A DNA stretch of 64,000 bases from a virus. This document shows, piece by piece, positions 1 through 8,791 of the stretch (position 1 is its first letter; each line of letters starts with the position of its first letter). A program made the position numbers and the translations under genes. The notes beneath the pieces were generated by a model. That model did no database searches, was not told the DNA's origin, and saw only the letters and a list, made by a program, of their open reading frames with translations. Where the stretch lies: IMG/VR virus record IMGVR_UViG_3300025305_003938, positions 16,439-80,438 of that record. One strand, written 5' to 3'.

Positions 1-38
1 TTCACGATCCTAGGCCGACAACGAACGAAGAGGGGTTT

Positions 39-662
39 ATGACCGCCGAACAAGAGGCGGAACTTGAAGCTCTTGCAGCGTCGATTGTCTCGTCTGAAAT
101 AGCGCAAAGAAAAATGGCAGACGAGGCCGCGGCCGAGGGACATTCTCCGGAAGAATATTTGGAATATCTTCGAAACCACTATGGCGATGAAAGTTTCGTC
201 ATTCAATATAAGGATTTACTGTCCGACGAAGACGAACTTCGTGCAGAGAACAAAATTAGTATTTCGCACGCACAACTAAAAAGTATTATTTTAGAGGAAC
301 TAGAAGAGACTAAGCTGCTTCGTTCTTTATACGGGACGCATGTTGATCTTGGCAAAGTTAAGGTTCCTCATCGCGGTTCCAAATCCGCTCCCACTATTCC
401 AGTATATGATGAAGATGGAAAAGAACATTATGTAAGCTATGATAGTATTACATATGATGACGGGAAAAAAGAAGGCTTATCAAACCAAATTAAGCAAAGA
501 AGATTAGAAAGACAAAAATTAGAAGAAGAGGGAACCGCTATAGCTGGTATTGAAGCTTTGGCCTCACGTATGCGCAGCGACATTGAGAGCGTAGCTAAAG
601 AGGCGAAAATAACGACAGCGGCGTTATTATCACTTATTAGTCAAGAACTGACACAAAAATAA
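39..662 (+). CDS. Acidic hypothetical protein with an internal copy of the KI(S/T)xxxLKxIIxEEL motif; may begin left of the window
   Basis: ORF track. Contains KISISHAQLKSIILEEL. The frame is open from position 3 to the ATG at 39. Confidence 0.7.
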   Translation: MTAEQEAELEALAASIVSSEIAQRKMADEAAAEGHSPEEYLEYLRNHYGDESFVIQYKDLLSDEDELRAENKISISHAQLKSIILEELEETKLLRSLYGTHVDLGKVKVPHRGSKSAPTIPVYDEDGKEHYVSYDSITYDDGKKEGLSNQIKQRRLERQKLEEEGTAIAGIEALASRMRSDIESVAKEAKITTAALLSLISQELTQK

Positions 663-675
663 AGGAACATATATC

Positions 676-816
676 ATGAAAGAATTACTAAAAGACGCAC
701 TAGACTTAGCAAGACGACTAGTCTTATTGCAGCAGCCTAGAGAAGCTTATGTTGTACTAGTTGCAACTGGCCTATCTGGCTTTATTGCCGGCCTTATTGT
801 CGCAGGGACCTTGTAG
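676..816 (+). CDS. Small membrane protein (46 aa, MKELLKDALDLARRL...VVLVATGLSGFIAGLIVAGTL)
   Basis: Not in the ORF track. AAGGA SD upstream of ATG 676, fills the gap between genes, C-terminal hydrophobic helix. Confidence 0.65.
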   Translation: MKELLKDALDLARRLVLLQQPREAYVVLVATGLSGFIAGLIVAGTL

Positions 817-823
817 AAAAAAA

Positions 824-1315
824 ATGAAAATCACCAAACAAGAGCTGAAAGAAATTATCAAGGAAGAACTTGCTAGTACATTAGTCGTACAAGAAGCCAT
901 GTCTGAGCTTCGATCAAAATGGTTCAAGATACAGAGTCAATCTGATCGCGACCCCAATAGGCGCTCCGAGTATCTGGTCGCGCTGCAGGCGGAGAAGCTA
1001 ATTAGACTAATAGAAGAACATTCAGAGTTTGAGAATAAATATAATACGATGATGGGTCGCCTCGATAGGCTAGAAGAATCAGATCTAAAAGCCGAAGCCA
1101 TCAGCGATGTTCAGGGGTATCTTGCTTCTGTTAAGAAAGAAGAGATTTCGGAAGGTTGGGGTCAGAAAACCACTACCGCACAGGTTGATCAAGGAATCCG
1201 AAAAGGGAAGATAATATCAGGAGTAAAACGAATTGTATTAGATAAGAGCACTCCGGAAAATACCCTTGTAGGGTTAGAGACATGGATTCGTGGAATCGAA
1301 GGAGAATTAAAATGA
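824..1315 (+). CDS. Putative internal head protein with MKITKQELKEIIKEEL leader
   Basis: Start reassigned from 761 to ATG 824, where the shared leader begins. Confidence 0.75.
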   Translation: MKITKQELKEIIKEELASTLVVQEAMSELRSKWFKIQSQSDRDPNRRSEYLVALQAEKLIRLIEEHSEFENKYNTMMGRLDRLEESDLKAEAISDVQGYLASVKKEEISEGWGQKTTTAQVDQGIRKGKIISGVKRIVLDKSTPENTLVGLETWIRGIEGELK

Positions 1316-1587
1316 AAATCACCAAACAAAGACTAAAAGAGATGATCAAGGAAGAGCTTTCGGAGGCAGGGGTCCGAATGGATGCTTTGGGAAATGTCAA
1401 TCCGAGTGATTTAGAGAACAAAGACACCGACGACGAGCCGGTGATGTCTTGGAGCACAGAGCAGGAGACCGCGTACACCGAGTTGCGCGATGCGGTCAAA
1501 ACTTGGGTCAATCACACTAGGCAAGGAGGCCTTCTCGACGGCGCCGCTATTAGAAACGCAATACATGACGCCCTGAAGGCGAAGTGA
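1312..1587 (+). CDS. Putative internal head protein with MKITKQRLKEMIKEEL leader
   Basis: AAGGAG SD before ATG 1312, ATGA overlap with the upstream stop, shared leader. Confidence 0.75.
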   Translation: MKITKQRLKEMIKEELSEAGVRMDALGNVNPSDLENKDTDDEPVMSWSTEQETAYTELRDAVKTWVNHTRQGGLLDGAAIRNAIHDALKAK

Positions 1588-1598
1588 GGAGACATCGG

Positions 1599-1808
1599 AT
1601 GAAACTCACTAAACAAAGACTTAAAGAGATTATCAAGGAAGAGCTTTTAAGAGAAAGATTCCTAGATCTCACTGAAACCGCGCGGAAGGAACTGCCGGCA
1701 AGAGTACATGCTAAAGCCAAAACACTAGAATCAGAAGGATATCCAAAAGACCAAGCATATGCGGTTGCTATCAGCATGCTTGGCATCAAAGAGGATGAAG
1801 AGAAGTAA
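1599..1808 (+). CDS. Small putative internal head protein with MKLTKQRLKEIIKEEL leader
   Basis: GAGGAG SD, ATG 1599, shared leader, C-terminal EGYPKDQAYAVA helix. Confidence 0.75.
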   Translation: MKLTKQRLKEIIKEELLRERFLDLTETARKELPARVHAKAKTLESEGYPKDQAYAVAISMLGIKEDEEK

Positions 1809-1811
1809 GTT

Positions 1812-2168
1812 ATGAAAATTTCAATAAAGAAATTAAGAGAAATAGTCAAAGAAGAACTCTTCTATAGAGAGTTTTATCGCAATGGTGAAGAAATAGTAGA
1901 AGCTGATCAAGAGCGCGTACGAGCTGATCTTGAAAGGCGCCCGGGCGAAGATAGGGTCCCCAACGGAAGAGCGGTAAGAGTGGCACTCCAACGTCGACTC
2001 GGGGCGAGCATACAGTCTCTGGGTGGTGATTTAGACAAGGCTAGTAAGATATTAGAAGGGATCACGGCCGCAAACAGTGACCCAACCGACAGAGGTTTCG
2101 ATTCAGCTTTAAATTCCATTGTTGAAGTATTAGAGAGCTTAAGTCATCAAACTCACGGAGAAGAATAA
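1812..2168 (+). CDS. Putative internal head protein with MKISIKKLREIVKEEL leader
   Basis: ORF track, shared leader. Confidence 0.75.
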   Translation: MKISIKKLREIVKEELFYREFYRNGEEIVEADQERVRADLERRPGEDRVPNGRAVRVALQRRLGASIQSLGGDLDKASKILEGITAANSDPTDRGFDSALNSIVEVLESLSHQTHGEE

Positions 2169-2169
2169 A

Positions 2170-2637
2170 ATGAAAACTACAAAATCAAGATTATTACAAT
2201 TAATTAAAGAAGAACTTGAAGTTGTTCTCACGAACGACGAAGCTGTTGAATTGTTTGGCAATGATGTCAAAGAACAAATCAACGAGTTTAATGGCGGAAT
2301 TATGAGCGCAGATGATGTTCCTTTTGTTCCCCTCCGACAGTCTCCCAGCGGCGAGCTTGAAGATCAGCGTATCCCGGCCGATGATTTATACGATGCCGTC
2401 TTCGATGCTAGATTAGCCACAGACGACGCTGTGCGCCTCTTGAACAACCCTGAATACGATGATGTATACGAGATGGTCCAGCAAGCGTTCAACGGCCTAG
2501 GAAACGCGCTGAACGCCCTCATAGAGCACGGCGCTCAGCCGCCGCAGAACAAGAGAGTTGTTGCACAGGCGCCGGGTGGTAAAGAAGACTCCGAAATGCG
2601 TAAGCTTTCACACATTGGCGAAGAAAACAAAAAATAA
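2170..2637 (+). CDS. Putative internal head protein with MKTTKSRLLQLIKEEL leader
   Basis: ORF track, GGAG SD, shared leader. Confidence 0.75.
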   Translation: MKTTKSRLLQLIKEELEVVLTNDEAVELFGNDVKEQINEFNGGIMSADDVPFVPLRQSPSGELEDQRIPADDLYDAVFDARLATDDAVRLLNNPEYDDVYEMVQQAFNGLGNALNALIEHGAQPPQNKRVVAQAPGGKEDSEMRKLSHIGEENKK

Positions 2638-2797
2638 TTCATCCTCTTTGATTAAATCAATTTAACCAATGAAATCATTCGTTTCTGAACATTATGTATT
2701 TGTTATTATTTTTATCTCCTTTCTCCTTTCTATAATTTTATTTCCTGAAGACAAAAGCGACCATAGTTAAACTAACAGCCTAGGAGGGCTATGGTGT

Positions 2798-3064
2798 ATG
2801 TCGCGACGGAGAATAGTATATCCTTCTAGGATTAAAATAGGGGACGTTGTTACAGATGTCGCCTCTGCTTATTTGGGCCTTCCAGAAAAAGTTGGAATAG
2901 CCATCGAAAGAAAAATAAAAAATAAAGTTAACTACTTCCATGTCGTATGGATAGGATATACTAACGACGAAAAGAGCGAAGGGCATGTTTTGGAGCAGCC
3001 GGCAGAATCAGAATGGATGCCAGAATCTGCATTAGAAGTGCTCGTTTCAGCAATTAACGAATAG
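2798..3064 (+). CDS. Hypothetical protein (small beta-barrel/SH3-like, IKIGDVV...VGI...YFHVVW)
   Basis: ORF track, AGGAGG SD upstream. Confidence 0.6.
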   Translation: MSRRRIVYPSRIKIGDVVTDVASAYLGLPEKVGIAIERKIKNKVNYFHVVWIGYTNDEKSEGHVLEQPAESEWMPESALEVLVSAINE

Positions 3065-3082
3065 TTAGTATAGGGCCCTTTC

Positions 3083-3247
3083 ATGAATGGACTGTATGAT
3101 TTTATAATCGAATACCTGAAAAGGAAAGAGGAAGAACAAAAGAGACTTCCTATTCAAATCCCAATTCCCAAACAGCCTATGGAGCAAATAAGGGAAGAGG
3201 AGAAGAAAACGCCCTCTGATAGAGGGGTGATAGTAATTGATATGTGA
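3083..3247 (+). CDS. Small protein (54 aa) MNGLYDFIIEYLKRKEEEQKRLPIQIPIP...DRGVIVIDM
   Basis: Read manually, not in the ORF track. Fills the intergenic gap and is preceded by an ATAGTTA motif. Confidence 0.65.
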   Translation: MNGLYDFIIEYLKRKEEEQKRLPIQIPIPKQPMEQIREEEKKTPSDRGVIVIDM

Positions 3248-3587
3248 ATTTAAAAATTCTATTAAAAATATTCAAATATTATTAAAAGTATTAGTAATAC
3301 TTGCACTTTTAGATTTAATAGCAACGATATATTGGGTTGCAGCTGGGCTGGCTACTGAGGCTAATCCCATCATGAACTTCTTTTTGCAGTATTCCTTCTA
3401 TTCTTTCGCCATGGCAAAATTATCTCTCTCGTTCACAGGAATTTTCACTTTGAATCTTCTAAAAGAGAAAAGGCAAACACTTATTTTCAGTCTATCGGCA
3501 ATGCTGGTTATCGTTTATCTCGGTGTTGTTGCATGGCATACGTATGGCTTAGTACTGCTGCTAATTTTTAACAATGGCCTTATCTAA
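3237..3587 (+). CDS. DUF5658-like membrane protein
   Basis: LDLIAT...GLATEANPIMNFF motif, three hydrophobic segments. Confidence 0.65.
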   Translation: MICEFKNSIKNIQILLKVLVILALLDLIATIYWVAAGLATEANPIMNFFLQYSFYSFAMAKLSLSFTGIFTLNLLKEKRQTLIFSLSAMLVIVYLGVVAWHTYGLVLLLIFNNGLI

Positions 3588-3610
3588 TATTAAAAACTAA
3601 TTACCGTGTT

Positions 3611-3862
3611 ATGTTTGATTTCAATCACTTAAGAGATAATGGGTCTTCCTATCGCCAACATGGCCGTTTTGCTATGTTTGTGGCACTGAGAATGTTGGCA
3701 GCTTCCCTATTACTAATGGTTCACTCGGTTTTACCGTTCGTGATGATGCCAAAAGGCCTGAGTATAAAGGGTATGTCCGACTTCTTGTTCGATAAACACT
3801 CAGAAAGCTACGAAAGAGCAGAAAGATCCAAGAAAAGAGTGAGGAATTCGAATGAACTATAA
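3611..3862 (+). CDS. DUF6356-like small protein
   Basis: HLxxxxxSYxQHxxFA...VHSVLPF pattern. Confidence 0.6.
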   Translation: MFDFNHLRDNGSSYRQHGRFAMFVALRMLAASLLLMVHSVLPFVMMPKGLSIKGMSDFLFDKHSESYERAERSKKRVRNSNEL

Positions 3863-4793
3863 AATTATTAATAATTCTACTGCTAATTTGTACCATATTG
3901 AGCAAGTTGTTGACCATTTCTTTCCATATTCTCAAAAAAGACTCAAATTCGATAAGCCCGTAACTATAAGCTTCGAATCTGACGTAGAGAACGCACAAAA
4001 AATGCTTGGAAAAACAGCATATTACGACCCAGAAGGGTATTCATTGGCATTATATGTCGACGATAGGCACCCAAAGGACATTTTACGGTCATTATCCCAC
4101 GAATTGGTACACCATGCTCAGAATTGTCGCGGTGAATTCGCAAAGAGTGGAGATATGGGCCCCGGATATGCTCAAAAGGACCCCCATATGCGCGATATGG
4201 AGCTAGAAGCATATACTGAAGGAAATATTATCTTTAGGGACTTCGAAGACCTAATTAAAGTAGGAAAAATTAATATAAAAATTGATTTTGATGAAGGAGA
4301 AAAGCAAATGTCGCTTAAAGAGTGGAAAAACAACGAAATTAACAGTTTATTACTAGAAAAGTGGGGAATTGGCAAAAAAGAGGCCGAAACTACCACCGAG
4401 AACGAAGAGCTTGAGAAAGCTGAAGTCGAAGAGAGCGCACAGGGTGTAGAGCGCGCGCTGGACACTCCGGCGGCTGATAATGCACAAGCATTGGTTGCTA
4501 AACAGCTTCAAGGCCTTTCCGACGAGGATAAAGCAGCTGCAATATTGGATATTTTGCAAAATCATGGAGTATCTGCAGACGATCTAGTCAATTCCTTGGC
4601 AAGACTCAGAAGAGCTAGTGCAGAGGTCGAACCAGCAGCAGCGCCGGCTGAGCCAGCCCAAGGTGGCCGGCCAACGCCTAGGCGTCATCGGGGCCGCGGG
4701 CCCGAAGTCCGCGGACTGAGGTTTGAAGAGAGTAACATTAATGAGTTAGTCGATAAGATTGTTGAAAAATTACAAAACACGGAGGAAAAGTAA
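3852..4793 (+). CDS. HExxH zinc-metallopeptidase-like domain fused to an acidic C-terminal region
   Basis: KDILRSLSHELVHHAQ and downstream ELEAY, acidic tail. Confidence 0.7.
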   Translation: MNYKIINNSTANLYHIEQVVDHFFPYSQKRLKFDKPVTISFESDVENAQKMLGKTAYYDPEGYSLALYVDDRHPKDILRSLSHELVHHAQNCRGEFAKSGDMGPGYAQKDPHMRDMELEAYTEGNIIFRDFEDLIKVGKINIKIDFDEGEKQMSLKEWKNNEINSLLLEKWGIGKKEAETTTENEELEKAEVEESAQGVERALDTPAADNAQALVAKQLQGLSDEDKAAAILDILQNHGVSADDLVNSLARLRRASAEVEPAAAPAEPAQGGRPTPRRHRGRGPEVRGLRFEESNINELVDKIVEKLQNTEEK

Positions 4794-4794
4794 G

Positions 4795-5184
4795 ATGGCA
4801 TCGCCAAAGAAAAAGAAATTAGCTAGAGCACGAAGAAGACTAGAAGCCGAACGTGCTGCCGCAGCAGCGACGACAGAGGTTGTCACTGCAGCTGCAACAG
4901 AAACAGTTGCCACCACAGCAGATACTACTACTGAGACTTCAACTACTACAGAAGCCACAGAGACTGTTACTACAGAAACCGCAGAAACCGCCGCCACTAC
5001 GGGCGCCGTTGCAACAGCGACTGCGACTGTAGAAGATGCTGCTACCGTAGCTGCTGTTACTGAAACTGCGAAAGCAACTGTAACAACTGCTGCAACCGAA
5101 GAAGCAACCACTACTTCGAAAGCAACAACTACCGCAAAGTCGACTTCGAAAAGTACAGCAAAGAGAACAAGAAAAACGTCTTAA
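4795..5184 (+). CDS. Thr/Ala-rich low-complexity protein with basic termini
   Basis: Start reassigned to ATG 4795 (GGAGG SD). The central region is almost all T/A/E/V. Confidence 0.65.
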   Translation: MASPKKKKLARARRRLEAERAAAAATTEVVTAAATETVATTADTTTETSTTTEATETVTTETAETAATTGAVATATATVEDAATVAAVTETAKATVTTAATEEATTTSKATTTAKSTSKSTAKRTRKTS

Positions 5185-5190
5185 TTTAAA

Positions 5191-5439
5191 ATGGACTTCG
5201 CATCACTTACAAGACGGTTTTTAATGAATGAAACCAAAGAGCCGGGTATACAGAGTTATATCCTAGCTCTCGGTGAAATTATCCATAATGTAAAACCAGG
5301 GACTCAAAGAGACTCCCGCCGTCTTGAAGTGGCTAAGACCCACCTAAGAGAGATAAAACGCCACACAAAGCGGCTACAGGAGCGTGTGAACGTCCTAGAA
5401 GAGCGTGTTAACGTCTTAGAAGAACAAAAAGGAGACTAA
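5191..5439 (+). CDS. Coiled-coil hypothetical protein
   Basis: ORF track, duplicated heptad ERVNVLE-ERVNVLE. Confidence 0.7.
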   Translation: MDFASLTRRFLMNETKEPGIQSYILALGEIIHNVKPGTQRDSRRLEVAKTHLREIKRHTKRLQERVNVLEERVNVLEEQKGD

Positions 5440-5441
5440 TC

Positions 5442-7451
5442 ATGGGCGTGACCCACATGATGCATCCGTTTGATCTACCCAATGTCAAAACGGGAAAAGA
5501 CTTATTAAACTTTTTTCAAGACGCAAGTCGGTGGCTTAAAGAGAACTCCGCTGCATTGAAAATTGATGGTACTAATATACCCGTTAAGCTAATCGATGGC
5601 GACTTCGGAAAACAATTCGCTGGTGATCGTGGCTCTCTCCATCATGCAGATGTGGCCGGCCTAACAAGTAAGAATGTAGCTACAAGATTCAGAGAAGGAC
5701 ATGGGTTTATAGAAACCATACCTGCCGTAGCTGCGGTTTTTGACGCGGCACTTCCCAACATTGAAAAAGAATTAGAAGCACTTGGAATGATGGATGATCC
5801 ATCAATTTACTTAAATACCGAATACGTACCCGCTTCCGGAAAAGGAAATGTCATACAATACGGAGATCAAGAAGAGGGTGAAGAGTCAGTCAACACAATT
5901 GCAATTCATAACTTAAGCCAGTTTTATGCTAAAACAAGCAAAATTAAAGGCAAAGCTGTTCGGCCGGGCTTACCTAGGCCGATTGATCCGATAACAAAGC
6001 GCGCAACGACCACAGATGCTGCAACTGAAATTCCATACGATGAGGGTGTTATGAAAAGCCTCATTGCAAAGATGAACGCAACACTACAGAAACAAGAGTT
6101 GCCCTTTAAGGTTTTCGGAAGTGTGCCAACACACAAACTAAAGGCAGATATTAACTTAAGTGAAGTTTTAGAATCTCCTGTCTCAATATTATTAGACGAA
6201 GAAGTTACCACCAAATCTCTTGGAGAATGGCTAGCTCATGCTGTTAACCCAAAGCGAGAAACCATGGAGCTGAGTAACGGTAATGTAGTGGCAGCTGTAC
6301 ATAAAGAAATATACCAACGTATTATTCCGGAAGATCCCAGTAACGCCTTGGCAGTAGCAAAGCTTCTTGCGAATCCCGAAAGAGACTATAAGAAGGCAAT
6401 CGATGGGGCTATATTCTATCACGCGACCAGATTACTCGGACAAGCTGTATTGGATCCTCTCGATAGTGAACTTGGTTCTGTCATGGATCATGAAGGCATT
6501 GTGCTCCGCGATAAGACTTTTGGGCCCAATCCGGTTAAGATTACTGGCAATTTCATATTGGGTGGCCTCGTGTCTTCATTCAAGCGCAACGAATCTTTAA
6601 CCGAAGAGGACGATTCGCCGGTTGGTGAGAGTTCTGTTGTTTTCATTCCGGGCGGTTTCAAACCTCCACACAAAGGGCACGTATATCTCATAAAGAAGGC
6701 CATTGAACTAGCAAAAGACTCAAAACCTTACATAGTTACAGGAGAAACTTCAAGAGATGGTATAACATTAGATCAATCTAAACGTATACTTGACCTTTAC
6801 CTTAAAAATGAGGATGTTGCCGTAGGTTTTTCGCGTGATGAAGTAGATATCTTGTTTGTTCCTGAAACCGGAGTACCAAAGCTTGATGCCGAAGGTCGCG
6901 AAATGCTTAGGAAAGATGGCCAACCAATAATAACAAACAGTCCCCTTCAAGTAATTTATAACAAATCGATGGAACTACCTCCAGACACAACAGTTTTTAT
7001 TGCTTCAAGTGCGGCTGATCCCGGACATGCGTCTGTTGGGACTTCAATTAAGGATTCTAGGGAAGATCTAGATGTTAGACCATTAATCATCCAGATTCCA
7101 GAAGAGTACATGGATGCCAAGACGGGACAGAAACTAAGCGCCACAGTGTTAAGAAAAGCTATTAAAAACAGTGATTTTGAGAGATTTAAGGACTTCGTGC
7201 CTGAAGCTTCTTTGAAAAGCGCTGGCTTTGTATTCCATGAGGTGCTAGGTGCCGGATTTCCATCGAATGCGGCCGATAACCCATTTGAAATCTCAGATGT
7301 TGGTCATTCTATTGAACATGACGAAGAGCTAGAAGAGATGAGCGTGTCTACTGGAGTTGGTGCTATGGGTCATATGGGGACATCAAGAAAAAGAAAGAAG
7401 CAGTTAAAAGAACTATTTATTAATGATGTTCTAGACTATTTAATAAGATAG
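5442..7451 (+). CDS. Fusion of a KxDG ligase-fold nucleotidyltransferase domain and an HxGH cytidylyltransferase-like domain
   Basis: LKIDGTN, HEGIVLRD and PVKITG in the N-domain; PGGFKPPHKGH and KLSATVLRKAI in the C-domain. Confidence 0.7.
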   Translation: MGVTHMMHPFDLPNVKTGKDLLNFFQDASRWLKENSAALKIDGTNIPVKLIDGDFGKQFAGDRGSLHHADVAGLTSKNVATRFREGHGFIETIPAVAAVFDAALPNIEKELEALGMMDDPSIYLNTEYVPASGKGNVIQYGDQEEGEESVNTIAIHNLSQFYAKTSKIKGKAVRPGLPRPIDPITKRATTTDAATEIPYDEGVMKSLIAKMNATLQKQELPFKVFGSVPTHKLKADINLSEVLESPVSILLDEEVTTKSLGEWLAHAVNPKRETMELSNGNVVAAVHKEIYQRIIPEDPSNALAVAKLLANPERDYKKAIDGAIFYHATRLLGQAVLDPLDSELGSVMDHEGIVLRDKTFGPNPVKITGNFILGGLVSSFKRNESLTEEDDSPVGESSVVFIPGGFKPPHKGHVYLIKKAIELAKDSKPYIVTGETSRDGITLDQSKRILDLYLKNEDVAVGFSRDEVDILFVPETGVPKLDAEGREMLRKDGQPIITNSPLQVIYNKSMELPPDTTVFIASSAADPGHASVGTSIKDSREDLDVRPLIIQIPEEYMDAKTGQKLSATVLRKAIKNSDFERFKDFVPEASLKSAGFVFHEVLGAGFPSNAADNPFEISDVGHSIEHDEELEEMSVSTGVGAMGHMGTSRKRKKQLKELFINDVLDYLIR

Positions 7452-7464
7452 AGGATTTTACTAT

Positions 7465-8361
7465 ATGTCAATTGAAAGAGAAACATTCATAAAAGAACTT
7501 GAACTTCGCGAAAACATTCGCCGAGCAGTTCGAATCGTTAAAGCCAACAAGATACAGGCGATTAACGAGCAAAAAGCTCAAGAGCAGCATCTTCGCACCT
7601 TGATCAACAGAACAATAACGGAGCAGAAATTAACAGATATCGATTCTGTGTTCTCTTTCCTCTTCGAACAGGAGCAAGTCGACCCAGACGAAGCGCCACA
7701 CCGTTCGACTGCAATCAACAAGCTAGAAACGCTTCTCAAGGCTATCATAGACAAGCTAGAGGACGGATATAAATCTCTAACAACTGCGCCAGAGCAGCGA
7801 GAGTCATACAGAGCCCATATTGTCAATGGTGTAGTAAACGCCTTATCGGTAGTTGATTCTAAGGATGAGAAGCAGCATGGGGGCGGAAAAACTCCTATAG
7901 TTCCTGTGACCGAAGAAGTCGGCGTTGATATCGGAACGGAGCCAGAAGAAGATGAAGCTTTTCTTGCAGTCCGAGATGTAGATAAACAGAAATTAGAAGA
8001 CCCGGATCCGGAAATAGAAAAAGCTGCAAATTTCGGGATCGAAGGTATGGATGAGACCGGCCGCGATTTCGCCATTGAGGCGTTCGATGAAATTGATTCG
8101 CAGATTGTCAATGTTTATTCAAAGCTTCGAAATACTGCCGATAAAAAAGAATTTCAAGATTATCTAGTAACGAACCTCAAGTTGCATTTTGATATTTTTG
8201 AGAAGGAGCTGGACGCTAAGATAGCCGAGCCTACAACTCCGGAATATGAAAGGGAGCAGGATGCCAACGCGGCAGGGATGGAAGAACCTCCCATGGCCGA
8301 AGAAGATATCAGCCTAGATCTCAACGAAATTAAGCAATGGCTCAAAAGTCAAAAAAGATAA
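7465..8361 (+). CDS. Acidic hypothetical protein, probably head-associated
   Basis: ORF track, GAGG SD, repeated [IL]xE sites (INEQ, ITEQ, LFEQ). Confidence 0.65.
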   Translation: MSIERETFIKELELRENIRRAVRIVKANKIQAINEQKAQEQHLRTLINRTITEQKLTDIDSVFSFLFEQEQVDPDEAPHRSTAINKLETLLKAIIDKLEDGYKSLTTAPEQRESYRAHIVNGVVNALSVVDSKDEKQHGGGKTPIVPVTEEVGVDIGTEPEEDEAFLAVRDVDKQKLEDPDPEIEKAANFGIEGMDETGRDFAIEAFDEIDSQIVNVYSKLRNTADKKEFQDYLVTNLKLHFDIFEKELDAKIAEPTTPEYEREQDANAAGMEEPPMAEEDISLDLNEIKQWLKSQKR

Positions 8362-8702
8362 GAGGCAAGAACCAATCTCATAGTATTTCTAGAAAGTTAC
8401 GACTAGAGAGAAAGTCCTCAGACGAATTCGAAGTGATGCTGAACTCCTTAACTCTGGAGGAAATTGTCGGACTTAAGTTAGAGTTGGCATCAAAAGCAGT
8501 CAAAGGCAAGATGTATGGAATCCCTCTCTGGAGTAAACTTCCGGAAATAGCCCGGGACGCAGCATTTAAATATGCGGCCTCTGCCACGAAATCCAAGTCT
8601 GAAGCTGCAAAGTTCTTAGGTATCAGTGTCTTAAGGTATAACAAGTTATATTATCGTTATACAATTGATGAGTATTTTACTGAGAATAAAGAGGATTTGT
8701 GA
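8337..8702 (+). CDS. Fis-type HTH domain protein
   Basis: TKSKSEAAKFLGIS...LY pattern. Confidence 0.55.
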   Translation: MAQKSKKIRGKNQSHSISRKLRLERKSSDEFEVMLNSLTLEEIVGLKLELASKAVKGKMYGIPLWSKLPEIARDAAFKYAASATKSKSEAAKFLGISVLRYNKLYYRYTIDEYFTENKEDL

Positions 8703-8741
8703 TGTCAGGGTCTCAGGAAGAGGATATAGTGGATAATTATC

Positions 8742-8770
8742 TTGATATCAATACTAATTGGTGTTATAAT
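8742..8770 (+). promoter_or_regulatory. Sigma70-type promoter for the tmRNA
   Basis: TTGATA-N17-TATAAT with extended -10 TG, 21 nt upstream of the tmRNA. Confidence 0.75.
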
Positions 8771-8791
8771 TAAAGCTAATAACTAAAAGAA

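Noticed and set aside
4795-4840. SPKKKK resembling a nuclear localisation signal
   Set aside because: Basic termini are common in this phage's proteins, and nothing supports a eukaryotic host.
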